Source of the DNA: Priapulus caudatus
Taxonomy: Eukaryota
Assembly (NCBI RefSeq): GCF_000485595.1
Contig: NW_014577089.1
Span: 53,921 to 87,408, forward strand
Length of the DNA stretch: 33,488 bases
Reading direction: 5' to 3'
Below, one piece after another: positions 1 to 13,468 of this stretch (position 1 is its first letter; each line of letters starts with the position of its first letter). The notes below the pieces were generated by a model that was not told the DNA's origin, made no database searches, and saw nothing but the letters and a program-made list of their open reading frames with translations. The translations under genes and the position numbers were made by a program.

Positions 1-86
1 ACTCTTACTTACACGCACTCTTACTTACACGCACTCTTACTTACACGCCCTCTTACTTACACGCCCTCTTACTTACACGCACTCTT
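1..86. repeat. 16-bp minisatellite (ACTCTTACTTACACGC), ~5.4 copies, possibly truncated by the window edge
   Basis: Units read directly at 1, 17, 33, 49, 65 plus a partial at 81; copies 4-5 start with C instead of A. Confidence 0.95.
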
Positions 87-3054
87 TAATTGCAAGTAAC
101 AGTAAGGTAGACATTGGCGGCCGCGCTGCGACGATTGCACGACGGTTTGTATGTTGCATCTGATCACACATATTATAACGACGCTCATCGTCAGTTCCTG
201 ATGACACATTCGCCTTTGTTAGATAAGCCGGAGAGCGCGTGTCCTAGCTTTTATGCCGAGTCGACGCTTACACCGTCCCATTGAGCGCACACGCGCGCGG
301 AGCGGGGAGCGGGGAGCGGGGGGGTGCAGCGTCGCACGCTGCCGCCTAGTCGTCGTCGTGATCACAACTAATGCCCGCCGCCTCGTAATTAATGAGACTC
401 TGCCCCCCTAATGGGCGCCCCCGCACAGGAGAGCCCGCAAATCAAGCCAGCTTATCACAATTATGTGACTATGATGCGCGCCGTGATAACACGGCGCCCT
501 CTATCAGGAAGGCTCCCCCTAATTAAACATTTACGAAAGGAAGCCCCCCCCCCACTGTCGTTCTTCTCCCTGTGTGCAGTAGTAATAATCTTAAATGGGA
601 GAGGTGTGCGCGCATGGAGGGCGAACAGCGGGCCAGATTTGAGTGCTGCCATCGAAGGTTGCTGAATGTCCCCGCGAGGGGCGTGGCAGTCAACAGTGGC
701 ATATAGCTGTCTGTAGATCAGACCCGGGATTCGCGTTATTTCGCCAACTGTTTCCGTTGCAGGTCACTCATTCATTATCAATAGTTCCACCACATACTCG
801 ATTCGACTGCGTGATCAATTCTAAACTATAAAAATACATTATAATCAATCCATCTCGTTCGTAATGTCATACGGTACCATCAGCGACGATATTAGCGTGG
901 ATATTAGAGATTTGTATGCACGGGCCATATGCCAACATTCACCATATGTCCAATCGACTAATTATGAGAAAGAAATCGCACTCAGGCCGACAGGAATGGC
1001 TATCGTAACATAACGCGCAGACTGTGCGGTGTGTGTCAGTGCATGACAGCGACACCGATCCGTGTCGGCGCGCCCCCTGGCACCCACCACACCTGTCGAT
1101 GGTAACGCTGCGCAGTGAAACCTGGATTTACAACTAGCAATAATGCGCGCAAGCTGCACGCCATATCGTAATGAAAGTCACATTTTTACAACTTTTCACT
1201 CTCAGCGCGAGGAAATGGAAAACGCAAACAACGAGACAGACTGGTAATGAACCATCCTCACATCACCCTAATAATGGCCCGCCCATATGTCCACACGAAG
1301 CCTCTGTTCCAAGCAGCACGCTCTTCCAGCAAACTCAAGCCAGATGCACACTAATTTGCATATGCCCTCTGGCGGCGCAGAGGCAACAGCATCCAATGAT
1401 TTTGCCATCCTCAAAATAATTAGTTGCGTCGTTATAGCGCGACAAAGAGTTGACCTGCATACTAATAAGCTACAGCAAACACAGATAGTCTCTCTGGCTA
1501 ATTTTGAATATGAATAAACGTTAGGCACATGTGTGGAAATTAGCAAGTTCGTTTACTCTGCTAAATTATCTCACCAAGTCGTCACCGATTCGCAAAGGCA
1601 TGAATACGGAAATATCTCATATCAATTACTATCCTCTAAAAACAAGGATTCTAACGGAAGCTTGGAATCGCGTGGTCCATCCCTGCATGCACGAGACCAC
1701 CCGCCCTCTTCCTTGCACATCCGGTTGTTGAATTATTCGCAGCCCCGTGTCACTTGTCCAGGTCGCTGAAGGCATCGCTGTTTTGACAGTGTTGGATAAG
1801 CACACTAAGCTTCGTCTGCCGATAACGTCGCATTGCGCGTAACGAGAGCTGACAGCAAAACTGGTTTGCAAGCATTCGCAAACCACTTGATTGCCGAGTC
1901 TGCTGCTGTCCAACAAACACGCCGTCACAGGTCAAGCTCAGGAGTCAGGAAGCCTGTGTGCGAACCCGGGGAGAGAAAGAACGAGCGAAGGAGATCAAGG
2001 GAGACCCCAATTATCGTTTGTGTGCGCGTGCGTGCATGCGTGCGTGCGCGTGCAGAGCTGGTGTATAAACTCGCTCAGGATGTGTACATTCGACATTGTG
2101 CCTGCCGAGAGCACTGCTGACTTTTTACAGGCCAATTGCCAGTCATTAGTGCCGGGAAAACACGCTCGTGCCTTTGTGCTGCTGCGGCCATCAGTCCAGC
2201 CTGCAGTTACGCTCTTTGGGTCGCCACATGCGACATGCTCGTCTGTCATCATCAATTATGCCATCTATTGAGGAGGGCACAGCGCCACCCATGTTGTCCA
2301 CATCCATATAGAATAGCCATGCGTGAGCCACTGATGATGGCTCACCAACTTCAATGGGCCCTGCTTCTAACGTAAACGGGTCAAGAGAGGTCAACTTTCA
2401 AGTTCGTTACTTTTACATGGAACTTCCATTGCAGACAGGATTTCCTCGGTCCCTACTTTTGGATAGAATCAAGAATACGTGACCGCGGCAAGCAGAACTT
2501 CAAGGTCGCGACTTCTATATAGAACGGCCGCCACTGCGGCAGGGGCGACAGGGCCAATGCAACTACACTCACGTAAAGTGCCCATGGCAGGGAAACTACC
2601 ATGCAAGGTCTGCTCTTGCATGCCGATTCGCCGCGTATGCCGGAGAAAACGAAGGAAAACATTCCACACACCAAAGCAAACCATGGCCACGAAAACACGA
2701 GCTACGGAATACAAAACCCGCATGCACGCATCTGGCTCCAGAGTTCTGAATTACCTGGCAAAGCTATAAAGGGAGCAAAACAAACAGCCATTTCGCACCG
2801 CATTCGTTCCTTTCAGCACCAGAATCCATTCGACAAACATTGAGCACTAGCAGACTCAGCGTGCCTAAGCCAATTTGAGTCACGAAAACCACATGAATGG
2901 GCAAGAATAGAAGCGGCAAATGCAAATACACACCCCTGAAGAGCAGAAACCAACTTGACCGAAATTTTGGCAGTTAGAAATAATCGACTAGAAAACTAAA
3001 AAACGCTTCAAAAACTACAAACCCTTGGGGTGTGATACCAATACATTGCTGAAT

Positions 3055-3248
3055 GGGTCGTTGTCGTATCAGGTACTACATACCCCCGATGTACATATAT
3101 GTATACCCAAAGTGTACCAGACTTGTACTACAGAAGTGTACCCTACCCCTAAACATACCCCTAAACATACCTCATATAAAAATATAAACATAATACTAAA
3201 CAACCTAAAACTACCTCGGGTACATAGTACCTGATACGACAACGACCC
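3055..3248. mobile_element. 194-bp MITE-like element with perfect 24-bp terminal inverted repeats
   Basis: GGGTCGTTGTCGTATCAGGTACTA (3055-3078) is the exact reverse complement of TAGTACCTGATACGACAACGACCC (3225-3248). The A/T-rich interior has a TACCCCTAAACA direct repeat. No TSD visible (flanks GAAT / TTCA). Confidence 0.8.
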
Positions 3249-5384
3249 TTCACATCCTTACTGTCTGGAGACATGTCCCCTTATCCTCCGAGGCGACTCC
3301 TCTAATCTCTAACCTTTGACAAAACTGTCAATTGGCTGTATCTCCATAAGAGCAGGCCCGGGCTGCGTTTTAAGACTTAACCGTACAACGCTCAATCTCT
3401 GTCAATAAAAACGTTCAAACAGAAACAATATCTCTCTAATATATACGGAATCACGGACTAGCATTCACACAATCTCCCACGGCCCTCTATACAGCAAAGC
3501 TAAGACAACCTCGACCGTGGATTAGCTATTCGATTCTGCTATACTGGTTCCTATAGCATCGTGAATGCGGCACGACTAAGGTACAGGTCGTATCCACACT
3601 GCAAGTCGGGCGTGCGTGCACAGGAGGTATCTGTCTTCAGGCGCTGGCACTCACCATTCACGCATCCAGCCACCACGTCTGGCTCACAGCTATCGCGAGC
3701 TTAAGTCGTAAAAAGAATTATTCTCCCCGGTAGTCCACCGCCCAAGCTGTGATTCGAGGCTAACCCCAATGCAGTGACGACACATGACTTAACATAATGC
3801 TTTTTGTTGGCAACAGCGCTTGGAGAGTATCAACTAATACTGACACCGGGCCACTTTGTGACTTAAACAAGACACGCACGTGCAACTTGTCGAAATACAT
3901 CAATGTAAACGGACTCACTACAAGCGATTTTATTTCTGGCGATTTCTTTCCCGGTGAAAACGCATATATGCGTACGGTCCAGATATTTCTCATTTTTATG
4001 CAAACTGCTGTTGTACTACAGCTTGAGCAGTTCCCCGATAGATGCTGTAGAGATTATTTACTCCTACACCCATGCTAAACCGTGGCACTGACCCCAGTAA
4101 GCTAGCACTACATTAGCCCTCCCCCCAACGTGTGCTAGCAGTCTTTTGGTGTCTATATCTATCTAGGTTGAGCAATACTGACATGTTGCTAATATTCGCA
4201 ATTTCTCCGCAAAACGCTCAAGCCACGTGGACACAGAGCCGACAGATTGTGTACGTATACACTAGATGCGTAAACAGCGTTTATGTAAACAGAGTCGTTC
4301 GCTATAACTATGTATGCCGAACAGAAACTCTTGGCACAGATTGTCTAAAATGTATCTAGTACGGCTGCACAGCTGAGAACTCATAAATCATAAACAACCG
4401 CAACCATGTAAATACGTGAACACCTATCGGACACCGCCGCCAAGGCAAGGCCACTCCAATAAATCATCTAAGCACATCACTGGCTACACATCGCTGACAA
4501 TAGTTTACCATAATCCTGACCTATAAATCCATGCTAACAAACCTACAAAATGCCTCTCTGCTATATAATCCAAAGACTTCGCAGCAGGCAGGTCTTACGC
4601 GCAAGCAACCAGAAGCTGGTCGCCAAACAAGTGGCTGTCTATTGTTGCAGGACTTCCTTCCTGCGTGAACAAATAGTGCAACGGCAGTGTGGCCCAGTAA
4701 AAAAAAATTACTCATAGAATAAACAGTGTGTCCGCAGCTCCCTCCCCGTCGTGGCTCCGCACAATGAGTATCGTATGGCAAATGCATGGTGACACCCGTC
4801 AAGTGGCAGTGCCACGTCCAGTACGGTGTTGACCGTGCTCCCCCTACCAAAGCCTCTACCAAGAGTAATACACTCTTCGTGCTCCACTGTCTATGAATGA
4901 CGAGCGGCAAAAAAGGAAACAACGCACACGCGAGCGCGCACACACACAGATACACGCTTGCAGACGTTCACGGCCACCATACTTATGGGTTACAACGTCT
5001 AGTCACAATAACGATCACAGTAAATTAAGTCTGAAAATCATTTCATCACGGCTGATTAAGAGCGTCGCGCCGTGGGCACATCGTACAGGAAGAGGTGCGT
5101 GGGTGCGATCGGCGCACAGATACTGTCGCGCAGCCGCAGCGGCTCCCCAGCTGTATGTGTGCGCGGGCCGGAATCGGCAGATGTGATCACCGACGTGCAG
5201 TCATACATCCTCGTCATTGTGTGCCATTGTGGCGACAATCGCATCTGCCCCCTCACATTAGTCTCAGCCGCGAGATCCAGCCGCGTCTGTGTATACGCCC
5301 ATGGAAAAACACTTCCTGCGAAAAACGCGCTCGTATAAACACAACGCGAGCACAATCGCTTCACAGCTGCTCTCCGCACCCGTA

Positions 5385-5487
5385 TGTGTGTGTGTGTGCG
5401 TGCGTGCATGCGTGCGTGTGAGCGTGTGTGCGTGTCTGTGAGCGTGTTTGTGCGTGCGTGCGTGCGTGCGGGCGTGCGTGCGTGCGT
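5385..5487. repeat. Compound (GT)n/(GCGT)n microsatellite
   Basis: Direct reading. Confidence 0.95.
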
Positions 5488-6226
5488 CATTCTTGCCACC
5501 ACTCCTCATCTTTCAAGGTGTATCCGCGGCGCATCTTTACAGATGATCAATCACCTACGGCTCTTGCGCGAAATGTGTATAAGAGTGATCGCATACGCAC
5601 ACGGGCCCATCTGCCTACCTACAATGCTACAGTTCATTACTATATGACGGGTAGCGGCTTGGTGCTGCCACCCTTAACCGATTTCCTGTTTGCCTCGACA
5701 GACTAGTCAAAATCACTGCTAAGAAAACCCGTGATGCGTTATTTAATATGAATATTCAGGAATGTGACCACACAGGAAAGCAGTGGCAAGGGCAGCCTGC
5801 TGCTGCCTTCCTCTGCAGCCGCAGCACTATAATACTGGAGCATGTTACTTGCAAACACGAACTCGCCAATAGGTGGCCTCGGTATAGTAACCTGGACGGA
5901 CGCAGTACGCTATATATACACGGCCTAGCCAGCCTTGCCTAGTTTCTGCTTCTCCCTGTTCTCATCTACACACACACCGCACTCACCTATGATGAATGCT
6001 GAGCGAACACAGGCGAGCATACACGGCGCGGAACACGTAGCCAGTAATGCGATCTCTCATTGTGAGAGGCACGATGCGGGGAAACCGTCACGTGCGATAC
6101 AATGCGATACATCCCCATCGCACACCGACGGTCACGTGTGCCAATGACGACGCACACTAGCAGACGTCAGACGAGCAGCGCTGTGAACACGTGGCAGTGG
6201 CGACGTCAACTATACACGACCCACGA

Positions 6227-6278
6227 GAGACTACAGCCGGAGACTACAGCTAGAGACTACAGCTAGAGACTACAGCTA
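6227..6278. repeat. 13-bp minisatellite (GAGACTACAGCTA) x4
   Basis: Units at 6227, 6240, 6253, 6266; the first ends CCG instead of CTA. Confidence 0.95.
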
Positions 6279-6984
6279 CACGCGACCAGTTAGCAGCGAT
6301 TGCCATCACACATCACAGCGACTGCCATCGCAGCGACAGCCATCGCTGTGACTGCCTGACGGCGATGCGAAGCTATATAATGGATTCCGCGACGACTTAG
6401 CGCTGACGACTTAGTTTATAAAGCGCGACAGTTAACATGTTATCGTGAGTGCGGCCGTTCGGTGGCCTCCCCGATTGACAAACCAACCGGCAAACCAGCG
6501 AGCCGAGCACTTTCCCAGCGACGGACTCCGAAAAAGTTTCGACAATTGCGATCATAATAATGGAAAGCCGCTATTTTTCCGAGGCGAAATCCATTAAAGC
6601 GATCCACTTAGAATCGCGCTAGAATCGAGGGCCTGCTGCACGCAAAGCCATTAGCATTGGTCAAAAGTTAAATTAGGGTCAGAAAATGCGCGCTTCCTTC
6701 GAAGTGTCCTGGAGGTGTTACGCGAAAAAATCTTTCTGCTTTCGAAAACGCTCGGCAAAAACAACCGCATTCTGTTATCGAGCCCTTGACATTTAACATC
6801 AGCGAGCGAGGCTGAAATCGCTTTGAGGATCTGACAGTGACAAGCGACTAGAAACATGGATCAACGCCGCGCAACAAACACAATACGGTAACTCGTATGT
6901 AACAAATCGAACTCAATATATCCACCACCGGTTACCAACCGGCCACAGATGATATCCTCCCGCCGTCTCCTCACACTCACAGAG

Positions 6985-7125
6985 CCCCTCTCTCCTCTCT
7001 CTTCTCTCTCTCCTCTCTCTCTCCCCACTCACACACACACACACCTCTCCTCTCTCTCTCTCATCTATATATAATATACACACAGTATATATATATATAT
7101 AATATAATATTATATATATATATAG
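6985..7125. repeat. Imperfect (CT)n-(CA)n-(TA)n compound microsatellite
   Basis: Direct reading. Confidence 0.85.
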
Positions 7126-7765
7126 TGGAGTTGGCTGCAACTAATAACTACGGGCGCGTAAAACAGTCGCCCCACGCCGCACACACATAGTGAAACGAGT
7201 TTGCCTTACAAACCCCTCGTCCTAACTTCACGTGAGGTTTAAAGCTTTTGCTTTCGTTCCAAACCGTTCAGCATGACAGCACACTTTCATCGGCAAAAAG
7301 TGGCTATTCCTCGCGCAGGCGCAGCAGCACAGCAGCAAACACGAGGCAGCAAGCAGCAAGCGAGTGTGACTTGCGAGAAACTGCGTATTTAGATCGTTCG
7401 CGGGTGCGCGCGCCCCGTTGCAACAATCGTAGAGCTCTGCCAGCGCTGCGACGTCATGAGAACTAAAGATTTACCAATCTTTGAAAAGCTCTACATTAGC
7501 GCCAGGCGGGGCGTGTGGCTGAAATATTTCTCTCATTCAACTACCCAGCAAGCGAGCGCAATAGTACAGACACGCAATTAGAGCAGTATCCATCCACCGC
7601 ACAATCGAACTTTCGTTTTTTCCCATTTGGCCTATTTTTTGTCAAACAGAGGCGGCGATTTGTAATCGGAAAACATGTTAATGATTTATGAGATGGATAA
7701 AACTCAATCCACACTCTCGTTGAAAATAACTGTGTGGTGGAGCAAAAAAGTATCTGGATAATAAA
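7113..7765 (+). repeat. Duplicated block A, copy 1 (matches ~11886-12539); ends exactly at the N gap
   Basis: Colinear shared anchors such as GTGGAGTTG, GCGCGTAAAACAGTC, CTTTCATCGGCAAAAAG, GTGTGACTTGCGAGAAAC, AAAAGCTCTACATTAGCG, GGATAAAACTCAATCCA and GGATAATAAA; differences are mostly 1-2 bp indels. Confidence 0.9.
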
Positions 7766-8519
7766 NNNNNNNNNNNNNNNNNNNNNNNNNNNNNNNNNNN
7801 NNNNNNNNNNNNNNNNNNNNNNNNNNNNNNNNNNNNNNNNNNNNNNNNNNNNNNNNNNNNNNNNNNNNNNNNNNNNNNNNNNNNNNNNNNNNNNNNNNNN
7901 NNNNNNNNNNNNNNNNNNNNNNNNNNNNNNNNNNNNNNNNNNNNNNNNNNNNNNNNNNNNNNNNNNNNNNNNNNNNNNNNNNNNNNNNNNNNNNNNNNNN
8001 NNNNNNNNNNNNNNNNNNNNNNNNNNNNNNNNNNNNNNNNNNNNNNNNNNNNNNNNNNNNNNNNNNNNNNNNNNNNNNNNNNNNNNNNNNNNNNNNNNNN
8101 NNNNNNNNNNNNNNNNNNNNNNNNNNNNNNNNNNNNNNNNNNNNNNNNNNNNNNNNNNNNNNNNNNNNNNNNNNNNNNNNNNNNNNNNNNNNNNNNNNNN
8201 NNNNNNNNNNNNNNNNNNNNNNNNNNNNNNNNNNNNNNNNNNNNNNNNNNNNNNNNNNNNNNNNNNNNNNNNNNNNNNNNNNNNNNNNNNNNNNNNNNNN
8301 NNNNNNNNNNNNNNNNNNNNNNNNNNNNNNNNNNNNNNNNNNNNNNNNNNNNNNNNNNNNNNNNNNNNNNNNNNNNNNNNNNNNNNNNNNNNNNNNNNNN
8401 NNNNNNNNNNNNNNNNNNNNNNNNNNNNNNNNNNNNNNNNNNNNNNNNNNNNNNNNNNNNNNNNNNNNNNNNNNNNNNNNNNNNNNNNNNNNNNNNNNNN
8501 NNNNNNNNNNNNNNNNNNN
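7766..8519. other. Assembly gap (754 N)
   Basis: Run of N. Confidence 0.99.
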
Positions 8520-8738
8520 CGCACGCACGCACGCACACACGCACGCACGCACACACACCCGCTTGCACGCACGAAAGCTCGTGCACTCGCGCGCAATCAC
8601 AGCAGTCGCATGCAGGTTCCAAGTTACGGCCAATTCACAGCGTCGTAAAACGTGCAGGTGTCAAGTACCTGGTTAGTTAGCGAGGCCAGGAGAGAGCTGC
8701 CGGCAATCGCAGCCAGGGGCATGACTACGCACACAGGC

Positions 8739-8814
8739 GGGGGGTCTGGGGGTCCTCCCCCCGAAAATTGTGAAAATGTAGATCGCAGGAGATGGTATTT
8801 GAGGCACTTTTGAG
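8739..8814 (+). mobile_element. Fragment resembling an internal motif of metazoan non-autonomous DNA transposons (GGGGGGTCTGGGGGTCCTCCCCCCGAAAATT...)
   Basis: G-run/C-run hairpin followed by GAAAATTGTGAAAATGTAGATCGC...GAGATGGTATTTGAGGCACTTTT. Recognised from recall of invertebrate and fish repeats, not from a search; no termini found. Confidence 0.4.
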
Positions 8815-9865
8815 TAAATGTACAGCCTTCATTCTGACTACGACAATTATCTTTTTAGTCTCTCTCTGCAATATAAAAAACAGTTTGGTGAAATGATGTG
8901 TTCAGCGTGCACAGTTCTGCCAGCAACGCTTAGCCGTCTGTCTCTCTTCACGAGTTAAAAAACGACAAGGAATTGCTGCCAATTTACTGCCACGATACTA
9001 AGGAGCGCATCGGTTACATACGAATATCCACCAACCGCAGGAATCGTCGCCCGTTTAGAAGGGCATTTGCCTGCACGAAACTGCTAGTATACTACTACAA
9101 CAATATACTACGCGGGGTTTCTAAACGGCGGGAGCTTTTAAAAATATCGCCTCAAGATGTGTCAGTTTTAATAAATTGACGGAGTTTCCGCAATCAGCAT
9201 CGCACGCTAAACGACGCCCAGTGGCGAGCAGAGCCAAGAATGCGGCGCTACACGGGAGTCAACGCCAAAAAACGCAGACTTTTTCAGCCCTTCACGCGCG
9301 GCAGCAACTACTAGTGAACAAACGATCGGAATTCGCAGAATGACCTTTCTCACTCATCACCGGCTACCGTGATCAGCCGCCCGGACTGGGACGGGAACGA
9401 GGGTGTGTCTGTCAAATAGCATGATTACGTTTTGTTATTATTATAGGAATACGCGGAATGACAATCGCCGCCTCTGGACGTTTGCCACGCCTCCCCCAAC
9501 CCTAGCCCCCTTCCCCTCCCACTCCCCCTGCCCGCATCGCCCACACACGACTCCCTAATCTTCGTACGCAGGTGTGTCAGATCTGTATCTACTATCGCAG
9601 CGGAAGGATGCGTCGCTGGCAGACTGTAGAGAGAGCGCGTAATGCATTAGTCTGCGTAATGCAGTAGCATTGGGCGGGCTGCGGTCCAACAATAGCTCAT
9701 TCAGCAATCTCGGCTAGCTAGTTAGCCCTACAAGTCTCTGCGGAATTACCACCGAAAAAAACGCCTTTTTTTCTAGCACACGATGTTCACGTGTTGCGCG
9801 CGTGCAACAATGGCCGGCCAACTGGAGCGCAAAAAAGTCGAGTGACTCGCCCCTCCTCAAGCACA

Positions 9866-11686
9866 CGCGCCGTCCGTATGCGCTACACCACAACACATCT
9901 GAACGCATGGACTTACAATCGGCTCGCTCGTGGTGATGAAGAAGTCCGTACGTATGGCAATTATATAGGAGCCGGAAAACGATCGCGCTGTGTACGCAAA
10001 AAAAAACAATCGAAAACCACAACACAACATCGCGAGGCAGCGATCACTAGCTATATAGCTATAGCTACAGATTTATAGCTATATAGTTATATAGCTATAG
10101 GCATCGCAGCGCCGATATCTGATAATACCCTCAACATACCGAACCGATGCAAATCTTCAGATAAACACAGCGACCGTGGTGACAATCTCAGTGGACGTGC
10201 GATCCCCGCCTTCGCATCCACGCGTCTAACCACTGGCCGGACCGGACTAGATTCAAAGCACGGGTAGAGAGAAAGAGCGAGAGAGAGAGAGAGACAGCGA
10301 GAGAGAGAGATGCAGAGCTGTGGCGGGCCAGCGGCCCACAAAAGCCCGCGCGCACTCTGCAAACATGCGAGAGCAAACAGGACCCTGTGTGTTGCCGTCG
10401 GCGGGCTGACAACATTGCACATACATCTCATTCTCACCAGGCAACCAAACGGCTCGCCCCGGTACAGAAGTGTCAAGTGGAGAAAGCGCGCCGATATCGT
10501 AATCCGTACACGCACATTATGCTACCTTTTCTCATCTCTTACCGGAACACTACTTAGTATGTATTGTCCGCGATGTAAACTCTGTCCCTTACACAAGGCG
10601 CGCATGTGCCGCCCTTAGATATAGCCATTCGGGAACGAAGACGTGCAGTAGCTAACGACAGCGAGTTTAGACGCGCACGCATTACCAGCAGCCGTCACCT
10701 ACTTCCATGCGTAAGAGACACACGAAGTGATCTGTGTTTCTTTCTGTCCTGGTGACAACTACAATCTACACGAGGGCAACCGAACGTTCGAAAAATAACT
10801 TCAATACGAAGATTGTTTAGCAGTATCAGTTGGTTAGTGAGTTAGTCAGCTATTTAGCGTATTATAAGCTCGGGGTTACAGCCGAGCCGGTACAGACGAG
10901 CGTATAGAATAAAATACGACAGCCTTGCGTCCACATCTAGAGATCCCAGTGTTAGATATCAGTTTCTTGAAGGTTCCGCGGTAGATACAATGCACAAATA
11001 GAAAGAGGGCAAATTCCTCTCTGTATTCAAGACGGGCCCCTGCTCCCGTGCGCATGATCGTACATATATAGCATTGTTCATGCGGAGGAGCGATCTCCAT
11101 CTGTCCAAGCAGAGCCAGCCGCCTTACTTATCCACTGCGTTCGTGCGCCGCGCCGTGGAGAGAACCAGTTTGTAACACGGGGGCTGGTAATCCTTTCTCG
11201 CGTGTACTGTGGCTGTGCGCGGGAGAGAAGAAAATCCAGGTAGCCGCGAATGCCGACACATCTCCTCCTCGCAGAATTCCTTCAGAAATCTAAGCGGTTT
11301 GCACTGACCCACATCTTACTATATATGGCAGTGGTTATAAGTCGTACGGCATTCCCCATGATAAAAAAGCGCGGTTTTTCCCCAAGGGTTGACAAATAAA
11401 ACACACGCGATGTGCAATTACGAGATCGATAATCCTATTCGACCCTATATACTATATATATATATATATATGCGTGATATATAACGTCAGCCATAATGCA
11501 TACGTAAAATTTATTGGAAAACCCTATAAAACCCTATAAATTTATTGGAAAACCCTATAAAAAAGGCATTGAATCGCACGTGCAACTTATGTATATCACT
11601 CTTTGTACGAACCTCCTCACGTTGTTGCTTTAGTTCTATGTGTGGTGCCTTAATGTCGGCGGGCTTGCACTAGCAGCGCAGCATAT
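9866..11686 (+). repeat. Duplicated block B, cleaner copy (matches ~13469-15510)
   Basis: Colinear anchors such as CCGTCCGTATG, AACACATCTGAACGCATGGACT, GCCGGAAAACGATCGCGCTGTGTACG, GACTAGATTCAAAGCACGG, ATCTAGAGATCCCAGTG, GCAGAAT(T)CCTTCAGAAATCTAA and GCTTTAGTTCTATGTGTGGTGCC. Confidence 0.92.
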
Positions 11687-11838
11687 ACACACACACACAC
11701 ACATGCGCGCACACACGCACACGCATACACACACACGCACGCACGCACGCACGCCACACACCACACACACACACACACACCACACACACACACCCACACA
11801 CACCACAACGCACGCACCACGCACACGCACGCACGTCA

Positions 11839-11869
<31 letters not shown>

Positions 11870-11883
11870 CGCACGCACGCACG
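11687..11883. repeat. Imperfect (CA)n/(GCAC)n microsatellite
   Basis: Direct reading. Confidence 0.92.
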
Positions 11884-11885
11884 TT

Positions 11886-12097
11886 ATATATATATAGCAG
11901 TGGAGTTGCTGCAATAACTAACTACGGGGCGCGTAAAACAGTCCCCGCACGCACGCACACACATAGTTGAAATAGATTTGCCTACAACTCCTCGTCTACT
12001 TCACGTTGAGTGTTTTAAAAGCTTTTTGCTTTCCCAAACCGTTCAGATGACAGCACATCTTTCATCGGCAAAAAGCTGGCTTTCCTCGGCGCAGCGC

Positions 12098-12147
<50 letters not shown>

Positions 12148-12539
12148 GCGGCGATGCCGTGTGACTTGCGAGAAACGCGTATTTATGATCGTTCGCGTGC
12201 GCGCCCGCTGCAACAATGTAATGCTTGCCAGCGCTGCGACGTCTGAAAACAAGTTTACCAATCTCTTGAAAAAGCTCTACATTAGCGGCCAGGCGGGCGC
12301 TGTGTGCTGGAATATTTCTTCTCTTCAATCTACAGCAACATGCGCATATACAGCCAGCATTAGAGCTAGTATCCATCCACCCAAATCGAAGTTTTTCGTT
12401 GTTTTCCCCCATTTGGCCTATTTTTTGTCAACAGAAGATTTGTAATCGAAAACATAGTATGATTTATGAATGGATAAAACTCAATCCAACAATCTCGGTT
12501 GAAAATAGCTGTGTGTGAGCCAAATACTGGGATAATAAA
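11886..12539 (+). repeat. Duplicated block A, copy 2
   Basis: Colinear with 7113-7765. Confidence 0.9.
12101..12145. repeat. (CAG)15 trinucleotide repeat
   Basis: Perfect 45-bp tract; the equivalent tract at ~7320-7362 is degenerate. Confidence 0.97.
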
Positions 12540-13294
12540 TAGCATCACAATATAGGAAACTAGACAAGTAGGACACTACCAGTGCAAGAGTAAGATAAGT
12601 ACATATATAAGACTATTAAACTACCGATAAACCACAGGTAAAGCAAGGCAAACCACAGTTATAACATAGGGCAGTGCATCGCAGCAGCTATCGCACAATG
12701 CAAACTACAATGCCACAATCTTATACTTGTCCTCACATACCACCACTTTCGTGCATTACCTACGCCACTGCCTCACACCCATATGCTAGTTTCCCTCCAA
12801 ATTCGTCACGAAATAAACCCTAGAATTGCTCCACAGCGATGCGATATATCAAAGGAAACTACGACTGCTGGTTAAACCTGTAATTTGGTCACACTAGGCC
12901 GGTAACGCACGTCACCATCAGAAGTCGGTTAGTCCCGTTTCAATAATTATACCTGGTTCATTACACTTTCAGCTGCAGCGGCAAAACCATCGCAGGAGGC
13001 GGGGAGGCGCGATGAGTCAGACCAGTAGTGGCGTAACCAGCAGGAACACGACCAACACCGCGGGACGGCGTCGACACAGACGTCGCCGTATTTAACTGCG
13101 CGTGTCCGCCAACACTGCTAAATGCGCATTCGGTGCACCTTTACACGAGAACGCAACTGCGTTGGAAATTATTGTCAATAACGCCGCTTTGACAAATACA
13201 AATTTTATCGCTATTCAATTGACAGCAGAACTACGCGCGCACACAAAGGTGTAGAGTGTGTACAACGCATGATCGAGTCGCAGTTTTACAAACG

Positions 13295-13310
13295 CGCGCA
13301 CACACACGCA

Positions 13311-13362
<52 letters not shown>

Positions 13363-13466
13363 ACACACACACCACACTACACACACACGCCACGCACGCA
13401 CGCACGCACCATCACGCCACGCACGCACGCAGCATCGCGACGCACGCGACGGCACGCACGCACGCA
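13295..13466. repeat. (GCAC)n/(CA)n microsatellite
   Basis: Direct reading. Confidence 0.92.
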
Positions 13467-13468
13467 GA

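Noticed and set aside
424..574. Possible CACAG-ended MITE with an internal 8-bp hairpin (GCGCCGTG-ATAA-CACGGCGC)
   Set aside because: The terminal match is only about 10 bp and imperfect, with no TSD.
2323..2345. Hairpin GTGAGCCA-CTGATGA-TGGCTCAC
   Set aside because: An 8-bp stem is expected by chance, and CTGATGA closed in a simple loop is not hammerhead topology.
1629..2394. SET-domain-like snippets on the minus strand (GLRIIQQPDVQGRGRVV; WLFYMD...SIDG)
   Set aside because: They are in the wrong order for a SET domain and the NHS motif is absent.
3990..4100. RecQ-like motif (ATV/FSMGVG) on the minus strand
   Set aside because: Needs a frameshift and lacks the following QExGRAGR motif; probably chance.
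7541..8648. 300-350 aa ORFs
   Set aside because: Open only because they cross the N gap.
11978..12445. Polyglutamine protein
   Set aside because: Non-ATG start, no recognisable domain, and the frame is not preserved in the duplicate at 7113-7765.
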